From assembly GCF_009914755.1 (NCBI RefSeq), contig NC_060926.1: 64,000 nucleotides of DNA; one strand, written 5' to 3'. Source of the DNA: the human T2T-CHM13v2.0 reference genome, Homo sapiens. Positions 28,757 through 42,919 of the stretch are shown here, one piece after another; the stretch's first letter is position 1; every line of letters starts with the position of its first letter. The notes under the pieces were generated by a model that saw only the letters and a list, made by a program, of their open reading frames with translations, searched no databases and was not told where the DNA came from. A program made the translations under genes and the position numbers.

Positions 28757-29105
28757 GAGGTTGGTCCCTTTTCCCAGAAAGGGCTGGATTGCGAATAATT
28801 TAGGCTTTGCTAACCTTAAGGCTTCTGTTGTAACAACTCAACTCTGATGTCGAATTATAAACAATATGTAAATAAATGTACGGCTGTGTTCCAATATATA
28901 TTTCTTTAATGACATTAAAATTTAATGTGTGATTGTATGATAATACATCAAAAGATATAATTAAATAAATAACATTTTATTTTATTTTCATGGGCACAAA
29001 TTATTATTGTTTTGACTTTTTATCACCCATTGAAAAACTGTAAGAACAATTCTTAGCCCATAGCCTATACAAGAACATTTGGCAGGCCACACTTTGCCCA
29101 TAAGC
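28757..29105 (+). mobile_element. MER58-like hAT DNA transposon
   Basis: aaagggctggatt...tttaggctttgc...caactcaactctg...ggctgtgttccaata...aaaaactgtaagaacaattcttagcccatag. Confidence 0.75.
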
Positions 29106-29287
29106 AATAGTTTATCATACCCTGGTCTGGCCCAGATTAAAAAACTGTCTGTACCATCACCTGTCACTTCTATGATCTTAGTCAAGTTAGTTAGCCTTTC
29201 AAATTTTCTCATATGCAAAATAGAGTCCATTGTTTTATTGACCCTGGCTAGGTCTTGGGTTGTTTTGAGAATTAAAGTTGTTAATAC

Positions 29288-29629
<342 letters not shown>

Positions 29630-29776
29630 CTATTATTATTAATAAAGTTATATATTTGTTTACTTCCATGTACTTTATTCAATTTGCCCCTATTAGTAAT
29701 TTATGAAACAAATCACATCAGAAATTACTTCAACCTAAATTGCATAAACTTGTCTGGACTTACAAAGAAAGATGGA

Positions 29777-30078
<302 letters not shown>

Positions 30079-30343
30079 TTATATTCTAATTTGTTTTGAG
30101 TAATTCAGAATACCGTAAAGATGAAAGGAAAAGATGTGAGAGAGCAAGAGAGAGTTATCATTGATAACTAATATTTCTCATGATTGGTGCCAAGTGCCTT
30201 CTGTATTTTTTTAACTTAATGTTTATTATATCTGAGAGAGTAAATAATTGGATGAATATCGCATTGCTAAACTAGTATTTGGCAAATCAAGGCAAAAAGT
30301 TAGGTGTGTTTGATTTCAGAGGTACAGCTCTTTCAGTCACTAC

Positions 30344-33300
30344 TGTGAAAGCGGATAATACAAATGGGTAATTCTTGTCATCCCCAACTAAAATGGAGTC
30401 AAGAGGTCAGAATGAAAAAGCACTTGGGGCACATAACATTGCTCAAAAAATATAATCCTCTGCAAGCCTGGCTGCTGAATCTGCCTGTTGTAACCTCAAA
30501 CCAGATTTATCTAATGGTTACTGAAACAACCTGCTGCAACTCTAAGACTACTTTTACCTGCCTCTATCAACTCACCAATGAGAGCCTGCCAGCTTGCTAA
30601 AACTTTACCAGTGTCAATGAACTTTCTTGAGGAGCAATACATAATATTTCTCCTTTTTATGAAACCTCTGACCTTTTTGTTCTCTGAACATACCAAAGAC
30701 CAACTGATACGTTTGTATGCCTTAAATTGCAATCCTTTCTTCCCAGATAAAATGTTTTGTTTTATTTTGTTTGGTTAAGAGATAGTCTTGATCTTTGCCT
30801 AGGCTAGACTCAAACTTGTGGACTCAAGTGATCCTCTCGCCTCAGCCTCCCTGTTAGTTGAGAATATAGGCAGGCACCACTGTGCCCAACTAGACGTTTT
30901 AATTTCAGACATTTCTCTTTATATTTTATTTGACTTGGACATACAGGGTGCCAGAAGTGGGGTTCCAAAGCTGACTCACTTCAGAGAAAATCACTGGCCC
31001 CTGGAACTGTGGTGTGAGGTATGCACACTATAACCATTTGTGCCCCTCAATTTTGTGGGTCACTTTTTCCCTTGATGAGTCTCCCTTGCAGTGAACTCTA
31101 AATTTGATAGAGTATTTTTGTATTTGGGACTTGGGTGGGGATGGATCTTTTTCCTTCCTGTCTGCTTCAGTTGAGAGATTTCCCATTCATGAGGATCTTT
31201 CTCCTGGCAGACCCGGACTGTGCGAAGGGACTTTTCCCTTTGGGTTGAGGCATAAGTGATGAGATTTTTTTCCCCCTTCAGTTGGAGAAAGTGGCTTATC
31301 ATACTTTTTGGTAACCACATACTTTATTTTCTGTGTGTGCTTACATTATTTGACCTTTATGTATTTAGCAGTTGCATTTAATTGGCCCTCAAAGTTTAAA
31401 AGCATGCTAAGATATTTTCTGGGACTCCAGCTAGTAACATGTTCATACATTATACGGATCATTCAAAGAGTCCATTTTTCTTAACACTAAATTAAAAGAC
31501 TGTGGCTCAAAAAATCATACACTCAAAATAAGACATTCATATCTCATTGCTATCTTCAGGCAAAACAAAGAAACAAACACACAAAAAGCATTCAGGACAC
31601 AAAGACTGCGTTGCTACAAAATATTGCCTCAAAATGAGCTAAAACTCTTTCCAGACCTTTTCTCTTCCCTTCTTGCAACTCCTCTTCTTTATTCTTCTCT
31701 AAGCTAAACTCTCTTTTTCCAAGATTCCTCAGCTATTCTGGTATACTGAGTATTTAAGTAAAGCACTTGAAAACCAGCAAATATTAAAAAATATTATTTT
31801 GACCTTCATGCTGTTTTCTTAAACACAAAGATGAAATTTCCAAGTAGACACCCTCACTATACTAAAAGGAATGGCAACTTTCTTATCTTCAAGGACAAAT
31901 AATTGAGATCAAGAAAATACCATATAAATCTTGTTAGAATAACTCTGATATTTTTTGGGCCTTCACCCATATTTCAGTGACATTTTCACAGTTAATTATT
32001 CATTGACCAATTCAGGATATTAGTAACTGATTCAAACTCCTTTACCCAAAATTTGGTTCACAGTCTTTCCAAGATTGCCTACTAAAAATAAACCTATAAA
32101 GTTTAGCCTTATTCCATTTTGCCAGAGAAATAATTTGAATCAGTTTTTTAAATAAACTGGATCATTTATATGTTGTATTATCTTATGACTAAAATTCTAA
32201 AATAACAGGTGTAAAATCTTTATGTATATATGTATTATGTTGTATATTGTTTCTAATAATAAAATCTGGTGTATTAGCCAAAAATCACTAAAAAAATTAT
32301 TCAGTTTGGTTAAATAAATGAGTGTTCATATAAAACATACAGTAATTAACCCATTTTCCCTTTGGCACATGTGACTTAAGTAAATCTTTGACATATTAAT
32401 TGGTTTTAAAATTGTTGATAAAATTTAAAATGTCTTCAAAATTGTCAGTGTATATTTTTGTCTGAGTTTAATGGTCAGACAGTTTTATATTTGCCTCTGA
32501 TTAATGTTTTAAAATCATGAAGATATAATCCTAGCCAAAAACTAAATGATCTTTTTTTATATTATTATTTGATAAATAAGATTAATTTAATATTGTTGAT
32601 TTAATACAAAACAGTTGTATTTTCTGAGTTATCAACAGAATGCCCACGCATTTAATATTAAGGGTCTTACTTAGATAAACTCCTACTATTAGCAGGATAT
32701 GAAATTTGTTAGTAAAAAATGACTGAAATAATGGCTGTCTAATATCTCAATTTTCATAAGTAATATAGGTATAGTTGTTTTAAAACTTAAATTAGGTAAT
32801 TGTAACTAAAATAAGTGTTCACAGATGAACTTTTCATGTAATTTAAAATCTTAAAATTATGTAGTATTAAATAATAGATATTCATCAAATTTCTGGGTAA
32901 TATCCAACTAAGAAAAAAACCTAAAACTAATTGCTGAATTAATATAATTTCATTCTTGGCTTCTTCAATTTTATAAAAAGTCACATATTTAGGTTTATTA
33001 ATCAAAATATATATTTAAAAATATAGGACTAAGGGTGTGATTTAAGAAAATTATAAAAGCTCTAAACAAGTCAAGGAAGATTTGTAAAGGATGAACTATG
33101 TGAAGGACATTTCATATGTGATTGGATTGGCTGAGATGGAAAATAAACTGTTTATGTGTTTTTCTAAAAATAAAACACTGATGTCAGGGACACTGATACA
33201 AAACCAAACTCTGTTCCCCTATACTTAAAACAACAAGGTTTCCTTAAAGTACTAATTTGCTCTTAATAAAAATGAAAGATATTTTGACTTTTAATTATAA

Positions 33301-36300
33301 AATCTGTTTCATTAACAGCCATCTTCTTCCTGAGGTTTATTTTATTTTACTAGTTTCAGGTTAAAAATGCTATCCTCTTCATTTGAAATGTATTTAATTT
33401 TTTGAGATACAGTTTTACCTTTGAAATATTTCAAATTCATTTTCAGACATTTAACTTTTGCTGTATCTTGCTGCTTGTGATTTGCAGGTCATACATCATT
33501 ACCTTCAGCTTTTTCTCCCCTTGAGAAGGTGAGGATAATAACTCCCTTGTACTTTTAGTCAGCTCATATAGCTTGTTTTCACTGGTCCAACTCAGCTGTT
33601 ACGGCCTGACCCTGAAATGTTTATTTTCAAGGCCTAGCAAAGCAATATTTTCTTTTGGTATAATTTAATTTTTTATTCTTGACTTTTATTGATGTAATCT
33701 TAATTGGCATACTCATAACCTTGGGCGCATTATTTCTATGTCTGATTAATTCAAGTTTTCATCAGGTTTGACTTCTAGTGCATCTAAATGAGCTTTCTAT
33801 GAGGAGAAACAATCACCAGAAGGTTTTCCGTTACCTTTTGGTAGCTGGTCCAAGAAACAAATACTTTATATTTTATCAATATAATTTTTTGTGTTGCCTT
33901 TATTAGGTTTTTTATGACTTAAAAAACTGAGCTTTAAAATGATTAAGGTATTAATTACATCTACGATTACATCTATGTAATTTCCTCTATTGGTTTTGAA
34001 ATATTTTGATTATCACACTGATTAAGTGAATGAGAATTATTTTAGAGTGACACGGGATTTTTTTTTTAATTTAAAAGTTTTGAGCCTTTTGGTAACTGTG
34101 ACAAATGTCCTCAAAATTAAATCCTAAATTAAGTATTTTTGACCTAAAATTTACTTTGGAGTTTTCTCTGGAAAGTCTCAAAATATGTACCTCTCACTTT
34201 GTAAAGATTTAAGTAATTAGGCTTAAACCTTTGTAAAGTCTTAGATCTAACTTAAATTATTAGATTTAAATAATACAGGAAACATTAATGAATGATAAGT
34301 GGTACTAGGTCTTTCATTTAGTTGTGTTTATGGTTATATTGTTAATAAAAATGTTTCAAAAATTATATAATTCATTAAAATATATTACCAGTCATAATTT
34401 TGGTTGTTATCTTTAAATGCTGTATATAATAGAAATAACAGAATTTCCTTGTCAAAGGTAAATTTTCATCAGATTATTAATCATGGCTATTCTAAGTTTT
34501 TGTCATCCATAGTTACTGTTTTGAATTCTTTTCTAAAAACAGTCACAATCAGATTCATGGAAACAACTTCACCAAGTACAGTTACGTACAGGTTTCTAAT
34601 AACTTGAAGATCAACAGACTAAATAAAAATTTCCAGTACTCTGATAAAAAACTGATAGATTTATAAAACTACTAATGGAAGCACAATATGAATTGGTTAT
34701 ACAAGAATAAATAACTGATGATTATGTTTTTGTAACTGTTATTTAAAACATTGTTGGCTCTTTATATAATTTTTTTAAGATTTACGGAAATTTTCTCTCT
34801 TCAGAGAGCTATAATTTATGATCATTTCGTAAGGAATACTTTTGTAAACAGAGATAAATGTATTTGTGTGTTTTTTTTCTTCTTTGTTCCTCCAGGAATT
34901 CAAAAACTATTTGTGAGTATTTTTATGACAACATGACTATTTACATAAATCCAGTAAAATCTGCTCTCTGCTTATAGAAAACATTGGCTATATTACTAAT
35001 GCTTTGACTGAAATGTCATATTTGAAAATATGCATAAAATTCCTGACTGCAAGTGCTCCCAGCCTTACAGTGAATAAATAAAAACTGTCACTGTCTAGCA
35101 GGCCCAGGAAACACAAGGCTGTGAATAATATCTAAAGTCTGCATTGGTTTGGCTTCCTACTCTCAAGAGGTTTTTAAATCTGATATTCTTATACAATCAA
35201 TGTAGAGAAAATTTGTATTTCCAAAGAAAAATTATAATATACCTGTTACTAGATTGAAACTCTGTACATTGTTTTTGAGGGGTTTTTTTAAAATCTATTT
35301 ATAGACTAGATTAGGTACTAAGTTTTGGGGGTTTCTCCAATCCAGTTTCTTTCATAAAATTACTAAAACAGGAATTGCTCTATTCCTAAATCCCTATAAG
35401 CTAAAACTAGACAAATTTTAAGGATCAGGTTTTTTTTTTTGTTTTTCGTTTTTTGTTTTTTGTTTTTTGCTTGATGTATGGGCCACACAGAAAGGTCACC
35501 AAGCCACTTCATGGTATAACCAGAGTCATTCAAACTGGTAAACCAGGATGAGAGGTTGATGTTTCTCATGCTGCAAACAGCTTGAGATTCCTGGCAGAAT
35601 AATGCTGTAATTAAAATTTTGCAATCAGTAAATTCTATAAGTAACTTGACAAAACTTGACCAAAGATATCTTTTTAGTCCACTCAGTGGGCAAGTTTGAC
35701 AATACTCCCAGCACAACTTTTTATTCAAATTATACTAGTGATACCTTTTGTAAAGTTAGGATTGACTGCTTTAATTCAACCTAGTCATAAAATGTTATTT
35801 AGTGGCTCCAACAGGTCTCACTCACTTTCCTCCATGGTCTATTGATTTGATGAGTTTGTTGCCCTTAGGCTTGGACTCTTAGTTCAAAACCGTTGTACAA
35901 ATGTACATTTATTATGTTATTAATTCTTTGTCTGTATTATGATTTTTAAACTTGATTCATATTTCTTGCCTAGTTTGTAAAGTCAACTCTAACAGGATAA
36001 TATTAGCTAAACCCTCAAATGATTACAGATGCCTATGGATTGATAATATGAAACTCAATGCTAGACTCCAGATAAACATACCCATAGAATATTTTTCCTT
36101 CTGGACTCTTTGTTATTCAAATGTGGCCCAAGTTCCTGACATAGAAACCCCTACCTTCTCCCTGTCATGGGACAAATTCAACTGGGACAGGTCCATCCCA
36201 GCCCTCAGGGACAATTAAACCTAACTGCAAAATGGTTTATCAGTGATGCTTTCTGAAAAAAGATCTTGATCAAAAGGGGGAAATATGGAAGTTGTTTCTA

Positions 36301-36739
36301 CTAAGTGGGTCATGCTTGTCATGACCAACTAAAACAGAGTCGAGAGGTCAGAATGAAGAAGCACTGACCTTGCTCCAAAAATCTAATCCTCTGCAAGTCT
36401 GGCTGTTAAAATTGCTTGCTGTAATCTGAAACCAGTTTTATCTAATGGCTACTGAAAAAACCTGCTGAAACTCTTAAGACTAGTTTTATTCACTGCTGTC
36501 CCTCACTAACCAGAGCTTGCCAGCTACTGACAACTTTGCTAGTGTCAGCAAACATTCTTGAAGAACAATACATAACATTTCTCCTTTTCATGAAATTCCT
36601 AAGCTTCTCTTAAAAGCTTGTTCTTTGGACATATGGAAGACTAGTGGTCAGCATGTATGCCCCAAATTGCTATTCTTTCTTCCAAAATAAAACATTTTAA
36701 TTTTAGAGACCTATCTCTATATTTTACTTGACTTTGACA
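30344..36739 (+). mobile_element. Complete decayed ERV1 provirus with LTR24-like LTRs and MER4-group internal region
   Basis: LTRs at 30344-30941 and 36284-36739. PBS ggtgccagaagtggggttc (tRNA-Leu-like), PPT aaaagggggaaa at 36272-36283, perfect TSD ctac (30340-30343 and 36740-36743). The internal region is AT-rich with no long ORF. Confidence 0.9.
30759..30891 (-). mobile_element. Alu monomer (FLAM-like) in the 5' LTR
   Basis: The reverse complement reads agttgggcacagtggtgcctgcc...ggaggctgaggcgagaggatcacttgagtcc...agcctaggcaa plus an A-rich tail. It is absent from the 3' LTR. Confidence 0.85.
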
Positions 36740-37499
36740 CTACTATGCTATTTGTCTAGAAAAGTTACAACTCCAATCATAAAATTTTATCTACTTACAT
36801 CTCTCTTATTTTGGAAAGCTCCATACATAAACAAAAGCACAGGAAATAGAATATTGAATTTTGATGAATGTATGCCCTAGATCAAATAAAAATCAACTAG
36901 TGTTTACTCTTGCTATAGCTCTATATTTTGCCTTACACTCCAGATTGGCACATTATTTTTTAAAATACATAATTCTTATTAACATAATGGTTCAATAAAA
37001 ATGGAAGCTCAAGAAAAAAATAAAAAAGATTAAAACTAATAATTAAAAAAATTCAAAAAAGTCTTTTTTACTATTATCTATCAGGGTGTTATGTAAGTGA
37101 AATCCTAATTTTGATTAACATTATGTCATAAAAATTTCTTTATTCACATAGACTTCATAATCTTTGTACGAAACAAATACACAAATATAATTAAAAATTA
37201 TCCAATTGTTGAACATTACTTGTTACATTTTTAAAGTCTGTATTTGTTACAAGTAGAAAAAAAGAACTTTAGAGAAAATTTTAGAGAAATTTTAGAGAAA
37301 AGTTTAGAAGTTTCTAGATGTTGTTTTAGAGGAAATGATGCATTGCAGAAGGCTACAATGTATCATTTGGATGTTTTGCAATGATGCGGAGCATTTCACA
37401 AAATTCAAGGCAGGTTTGAACTCCCAAGCCTCAGGAAGAGTAGGGCCAGGGCAGTGATGTGGACCAAGGTAGCAGAGGTTTAGGGACCTGCTCTGTGAA

Positions 37500-37670
37500 A
37501 CACCACTTCTCAAGTTTTATGGTGAAAATCAATCCTTTAGCAACCTTGTTATAAGGCAGATTTCCACACAATAGCCTTAGAGGGAGGCCTGACAGACTGT
37601 ATTTCTAACAAGCTCCTAAGTTATGCCAATATAGCTGGTCCTATGTCCAGTCTTTGCTATCCACTCTCTG
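37500..37670. mobile_element. MER5-like hAT fragment
   Basis: ctgtatttctaacaagctcctaagttatgccaatatagctggtcc. Confidence 0.6.
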
Positions 37671-40057
37671 TAACATGATTTAGTAACAATTTCCTCAGGT
37701 TTTAGTTTACATTTTCATATTTTTAGGTTAGCTTTATGTATGCATTTGCATCATATGCCCCTATATTTTTTTATGAACAGAAGGTTTTTTTAATTCATTG
37801 TCGAAACTGTTGTTATTCTTTTAAATGTTTTTTAGAAAAAAATTCTAATCATTTGTATGCTTTTGAAAACATCCTATTTCCAAAGTGAAGCAACTGGTTG
37901 AATTCACTTGTGGAAGAAATCTAAAAATTAGTTTCTGATGTTAAAACAAATAAATTTAGAAGTGTAAGGAAGAATTAAGTAAATCAACCAATAAAGATAT
38001 ATATGAATCCCCTACCAATCTCAAGGCTTTATATTAGATGCATTCAGAATATAAACAAAAGAAACATCTTTTCTCGTCTCATGAAATTTATAAATTTATT
38101 TAGAGTCATTTCCTATTTTTAAAATAGGTTCTCTTTCGAATTTCATTCAGTGACTGGGCATGAAAATCCATATCCATTTCAATAAATGGAAAATCCCATC
38201 TAAGTCAAATCAATTTCTTAAGAGTTGCAGTGGCTGTGGTTGGAGTTGGCAAGCCTGTTGTATGTCACATCTATATGCCACATGAGCAATGCATTAGATG
38301 GCACCAAATGTCTTGTTTTTGAAAGTGAAGCTATGCATTCCCATCAAGCATTTGAGTTAACAATAATATGACACTATCTATTTAATGATAAAAGTTCAGT
38401 TCTATCAAAATGTAATTTTTTATTCAAATAGCAAGCATTGTTGCCTAATATTAATATTTAATATTCATTAAAATTGGCACAATCTTTATTTTTAGTAACT
38501 TGCTAATTTCTGTAAATAGGAAATATAACTTCCAAATTTTTTCTTTTGTCTTCAAAAAACAAAAACTTAAATGATGAAGAAAATATAAGGCCGTATTTTC
38601 TATAGTTCTCTCTTTTGTATACCCCAAGCTACACATCAGGCTGCTTCTATATAATTTTCATAATGATGTATGGCTAATCTTATATATGGATAAAAAGAGT
38701 CTACATCAATTTTTAAACTTGTCCATTACCTTTTTTAGAAAGCCACCAGGCTTTAAAAAACAATACCTTCTCAAGGATACATTTTAATTCTTAAAAGAAT
38801 AAGATCCTTTTCTTCTCTGAACATTTAATTATATAGAAGTAATAAGTAGAACCAAACTTAAACAGCGATATCAACTAAGTTTATCATAGAGTTTAAATAT
38901 TAACTAGGATGATAGCACATATGACTCAAACAGTTTGCCTTTTAGAATCTTAATTGCTCCAGCGAGTCTCATACATTGTGCCAGGCTCTGAATTCATTCC
39001 CTAGAAACTAACTTGCAGCACAAGAACTACTGACAAATGAGCTGGTTCATCATGCCTATTTGGAAGGACATTTGGTGATGGTGGTTATAAGAATCCCATT
39101 ACTTTCAGAAATGATACATAATTGTTCACCAATGGGTGGTCCCATTCCAGAATTCACTGTAACTGTTATTTATCCTGAGATATAGGTAACTTTAAGTGAT
39201 TTTTCTTCACATTAAATGGCTAATAACTTAGCACAGTGCTTGGGGTATATATTTATAGACCAAGAGAAAGGAGTGAATATCTGTCCCATTACCAAATATA
39301 TCTCAAAATTGTAAAGTACCTTTTAAATCTGAAGTGTGCTTATTTAAGCAGTATTCATTTTCAAAATTCCCTTCCTGATATAGAAATATCTCTGGGAGGT
39401 GACATGTTTAAGAAAATGTAACTAATAGTTCAAATGAAAATACATCATAATAGACTGCAGCAAAAGCACAAAACATCAGTCATTCTATATATTTTTGAAG
39501 CATTGTATGCCCAATATACAGGTGAATTTATATAGTTTATATTATACAAATATTACATAGTTTATACTATATAAATGTTATGGGTTTCAATGAAAGCAGT
39601 CATAATAACAATCAATCTTCTTGCACTTCCCTAGTCTTCTTACCCTAAAACATAAGATAACTTATTTTAGAGGTAGAACCAATAGATTTTAGATCCAGAA
39701 GAACATGAAGCAAAATGAAAAATAACTTTGAAATTAGTTCTTGGTTCTTGCTAAGCTGCTATTTTCTCACCCATAAAATGAGAATTATAATATCTCTTTT
39801 TTTTTAATTCTAGGATGAAATGGACAAACACATATAAAGTGACCTCTCTAGTACTTGATATGTAGAAGAGGCTAAAGTTAGTGGCTGATATTTTTATTAT
39901 TAAATCATAATCATTATCATTTAATAGTGCAAATGCATACCAAATTGACCTATTGGGTAATTTTCTAAAAGCCATGTATATTTTTACTATTTTTAGAAAG
40001 TTTTCATAGGCAGTCGAGTTTTCAATTTGTTTACTATTAGAGTTTATTGGTTTTAAA

Positions 40058-40561
40058 CAATGGTGTGCTGATAATCTGGTTCTAAAAAAAAAAATGAGCC
40101 CTTGGCCAGCTGTGGTGGCTCACACCTGTAGTCTCAGCACGTCGGGAGGCCGAGACAGGTGGATCACGAGGTCAGGAGTTCAAGACCAGCCTAGCAAGAT
40201 GGTGAAACCCTGTCTCTACTAAAAATACGAAAATTAGCTGGGCGTGGTGGCAGGTGCCTGTAATCCCAGCTACTCAGGAAGCTGAGGCAGAGAATTGCTT
40301 GAACCTGGGAGGTGGAGGTTGCAGTGAGTCAAGTTTGCACTACTGCACTCCAGCCTGGGCAACAGAGCAAGACTCCTTGTCAAAAAAAAAAAAAAAAAAA
40401 AAAAAAAGCCCTTATTTGAAGCATTTGCAAATTTCAGTCATCTAAATACTCCCATCATGGACAATTTCAAGCTATCAATTTCATGTCACTGAATCAAAAA
40501 TTGGGAAAATGTGTGCACAATAGTTTCTTATGAGCTGGTACAAGCCAGCTCCAGCACACTC
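40058..40561. mobile_element. MER63-like hAT DNA transposon (interrupted by an Alu)
   Basis: Inverted ends ggtgtgctg/ccagcacac and internal aaatactcccatcatggacaatttcaagcta. Confidence 0.7.
40104..40407 (+). mobile_element. Alu (AluS-like)
   Basis: Full dimer, long A-tail, flanking agccctt duplication. Confidence 0.95.
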
Positions 40562-40599
40562 CTAGCTCTAGGTCAATTCAATGTTATCCAATTATTGGA

Positions 40600-40760
40600 A
40601 ATGACCAACTCAGTAAATGACAAACTCAGCAAATGATCAACTCATCAAATGACAAATATGTCAAGTAACCAATTTACAAAATGACAAATTTATCAAAAGC
40701 CAATTTTCCAAAAGCTAACTTCCAGAAAAATAATGTGTCATATGATCAATTCCCAAGTGA
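40600..40760. repeat. Degenerate 16-bp tandem array (aatgacaaa[t/c]tcanca)
   Basis: Units start at 40600, 40616, 40632, 40648, 40664, 40680 and 40696. Confidence 0.85.
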
Positions 40761-41340
40761 CCTTAGTTCCTAAAACATATCAAATTCCTTAAAGAGGAAC
40801 TAACAATTTCTTTATTCATTGTTTCTCCAGAGGCAGACAAATGTAGGGGGAAAAGAAAAGCTTAAAGATATAAAGAAGATAGGCAATTGTACATATAAAA
40901 ACATTTGAATATAAAATATGCTCACTGGAATATACCACATGCATGACTCTGGCTTGTAGCCAAACTAGACTGAGAATGCTGCAACTAAAATGCAGACAGG
41001 CAATGAATAATCAAATTTTGAAAAAAAAAATCCTAATCAATTTGGCATTTTTTAATTTGCTATCTTAACAGGCAGATTGGTTTTTCAGTGAATTGACTTT
41101 ACTTAAATTTACTCTTACAATCTTTATGTGCTATGCACTTGAAGATACTGAATCACAGAGACTATTCATAGCAAATTTAATCACTGGGGTCTTGATATGA
41201 ACTTCCAGGCATTTTTAAAGACCTATTGTCAAATTGTGGATGTTTGATTATTTTAAGATGTAACTCTCCACATTAGAGTTAGGAGATATAAATAAATCAA
41301 TTGGATGTAAATCTAATAGTTTGGCAATTGCATTTAAAAT

Positions 41341-41406
41341 CATCTAGGTTAATACATGATTTAACTTACATAACATCTAGGCTAATACAGAATTTAACTT
41401 ATATAA
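41341..41406. repeat. 33-bp tandem duplication
   Basis: catctaggttaatacatgatttaacttacataa / catctaggctaatacagaatttaacttatataa. Confidence 0.9.
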
Positions 41407-41799
41407 CTCACCTTGAACAAAATTATTAAATACCCAGTTTGTCTTTATACTGTCTTTCTTGAACTTCCCTTTCAGTGACCATCTGCAGCTTTTCTGATTG
41501 CCCTGCAAGTAACACAGATACATTCCCTCATCTACTGGCAAGCTTACATATATTCTTCAGTCACTCAATCCCCACAGACTCTTTCTACTTTTGCCTCAGC
41601 CTAAGTAGCCTCAGGGAATGGTACTTTAGAAAGTATGCTAGAAACAGCACTATTGAGATTTGAAAGAGACCTTGCCTGTTGTTTAAATTTATATTGGATT
41701 GTATTGATTTAATTTATTGAAAGTAAATCCCAAAGAGGTAAAGTGATTTACTGAAAGTCCCATGGAAGTAAGTTTACTTACAAGAAGTTCACTTGAGAT

Positions 41800-42270
41800 A
41801 GAATATTTATGGCTAGAATTTTTTTCATAGATCCTTCTATCAAAAGATGCACCCTGTTTTTTCATCCATTTGAATTCAGCCTGGCTTTCTGACTTGCTTT
41901 GACCAACAGAATTAGGCAGAAGTCATGTTGAGTAAGTTCTAGAGGCTGGACCTCAAGGACATTGCAGCTTCTGCCTTTGCCCTCCCTCATGGAATGCAGC
42001 CATAAAGCCACAAGGTAAGGAAGTCAGTCCTACTGGAGTAGGAGAGGTCAAGTGAAGGAGAACCAGGGCCAGCACCAGCTATTCAAGATGTGAATGGAGC
42101 CATCTGGACATTCCAGACCAGCCAATATTCCAGCTGAATGAATGTAGCATGGAATAAACCCAGATAAGAAACAAAGGAACCATCCAGTTAACCAACAGAA
42201 TTGTAAGAATCAATAGATCATTGTTGTTTTTAGTCATTAAATTTTGGGGTGGGATGTTACATAGCAGTTA
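41800..42270 (+). mobile_element. MLT1-type (MLT1G/H-like) MaLR solo LTR
   Basis: tgacttgctttgaccaacagaattaggcagaag...ttgttgtttttagtcattaaattttggggtggga. Confidence 0.8.
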
Positions 42271-42451
42271 ATTGATTTGTTTTTAAAGGCACGTTAGAAG
42301 GCCTACAGAAATACATACATTACAGGTTTTAGAAAATAAAGAAAATAATTTGGGACATCAAAATGAAAGGAAAAGTGAAGGTACTGTAAATAAGATTGGT
42401 AGAGGTGGAGAAAAAAATAAATATATCATCCAAAAAACAACCAGCTACACC

Positions 42452-42919
42452 TGACAGGTCCATGCCATGACAAGGGAATACCTCATGAGTTTTGAAATGG
42501 GCCTTTCATATTTCTGCATGTTTTACAAGAAAGGACACTGAATACCTTTGTTCTTAACTATCTTTTAAAGGATATGTATACAGTGAAAAGTGTTGGAAAA
42601 CTAATGTCCTATTAGGAGCAAAGGGCAGGCATGCTAACTGTAAGTATAAAATATTCAGGTTTCCTAAACTCATGTTTCCTCCCCTACTGGGTATATATGA
42701 GTCATCTTCTCCTCTTCACATGGCCCAGAAGGAACTGAGGCTAGGAAAAATGGTGCCAAAACATGCTGATGATCATGCTGATTTGTGTGCTGGGAGTAAT
42801 AAACTCATTTGTCTCTAACCCAGGAGTTTTGTGTCATCTGCCAGCGTCTATGAAATTTTGCCAGGCTGACTTGTTAGCTTGAGAGAATGAAAAACATCTC
42901 AAACTCTTTAGTTTTAACA
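42452..42919 (+). mobile_element. Solo LTR (LTR47/MER72-like; family uncertain)
   Basis: TG...CA ends, gagtaataaactcatttgtctctaacccaggag and ggctgacttgttagcttg motifs. Confidence 0.65.

Noticed and set aside
37268-37310. Short tandem words (tttagagaaa x3); also 92-125 and 43595-43620
   Set aside because: Ordinary slippage-scale duplications in AT-rich DNA.
40600-40760. CRISPR-like array
   Set aside because: Eukaryotic DNA with contiguous degenerate units, no unique spacers and no cas genes.
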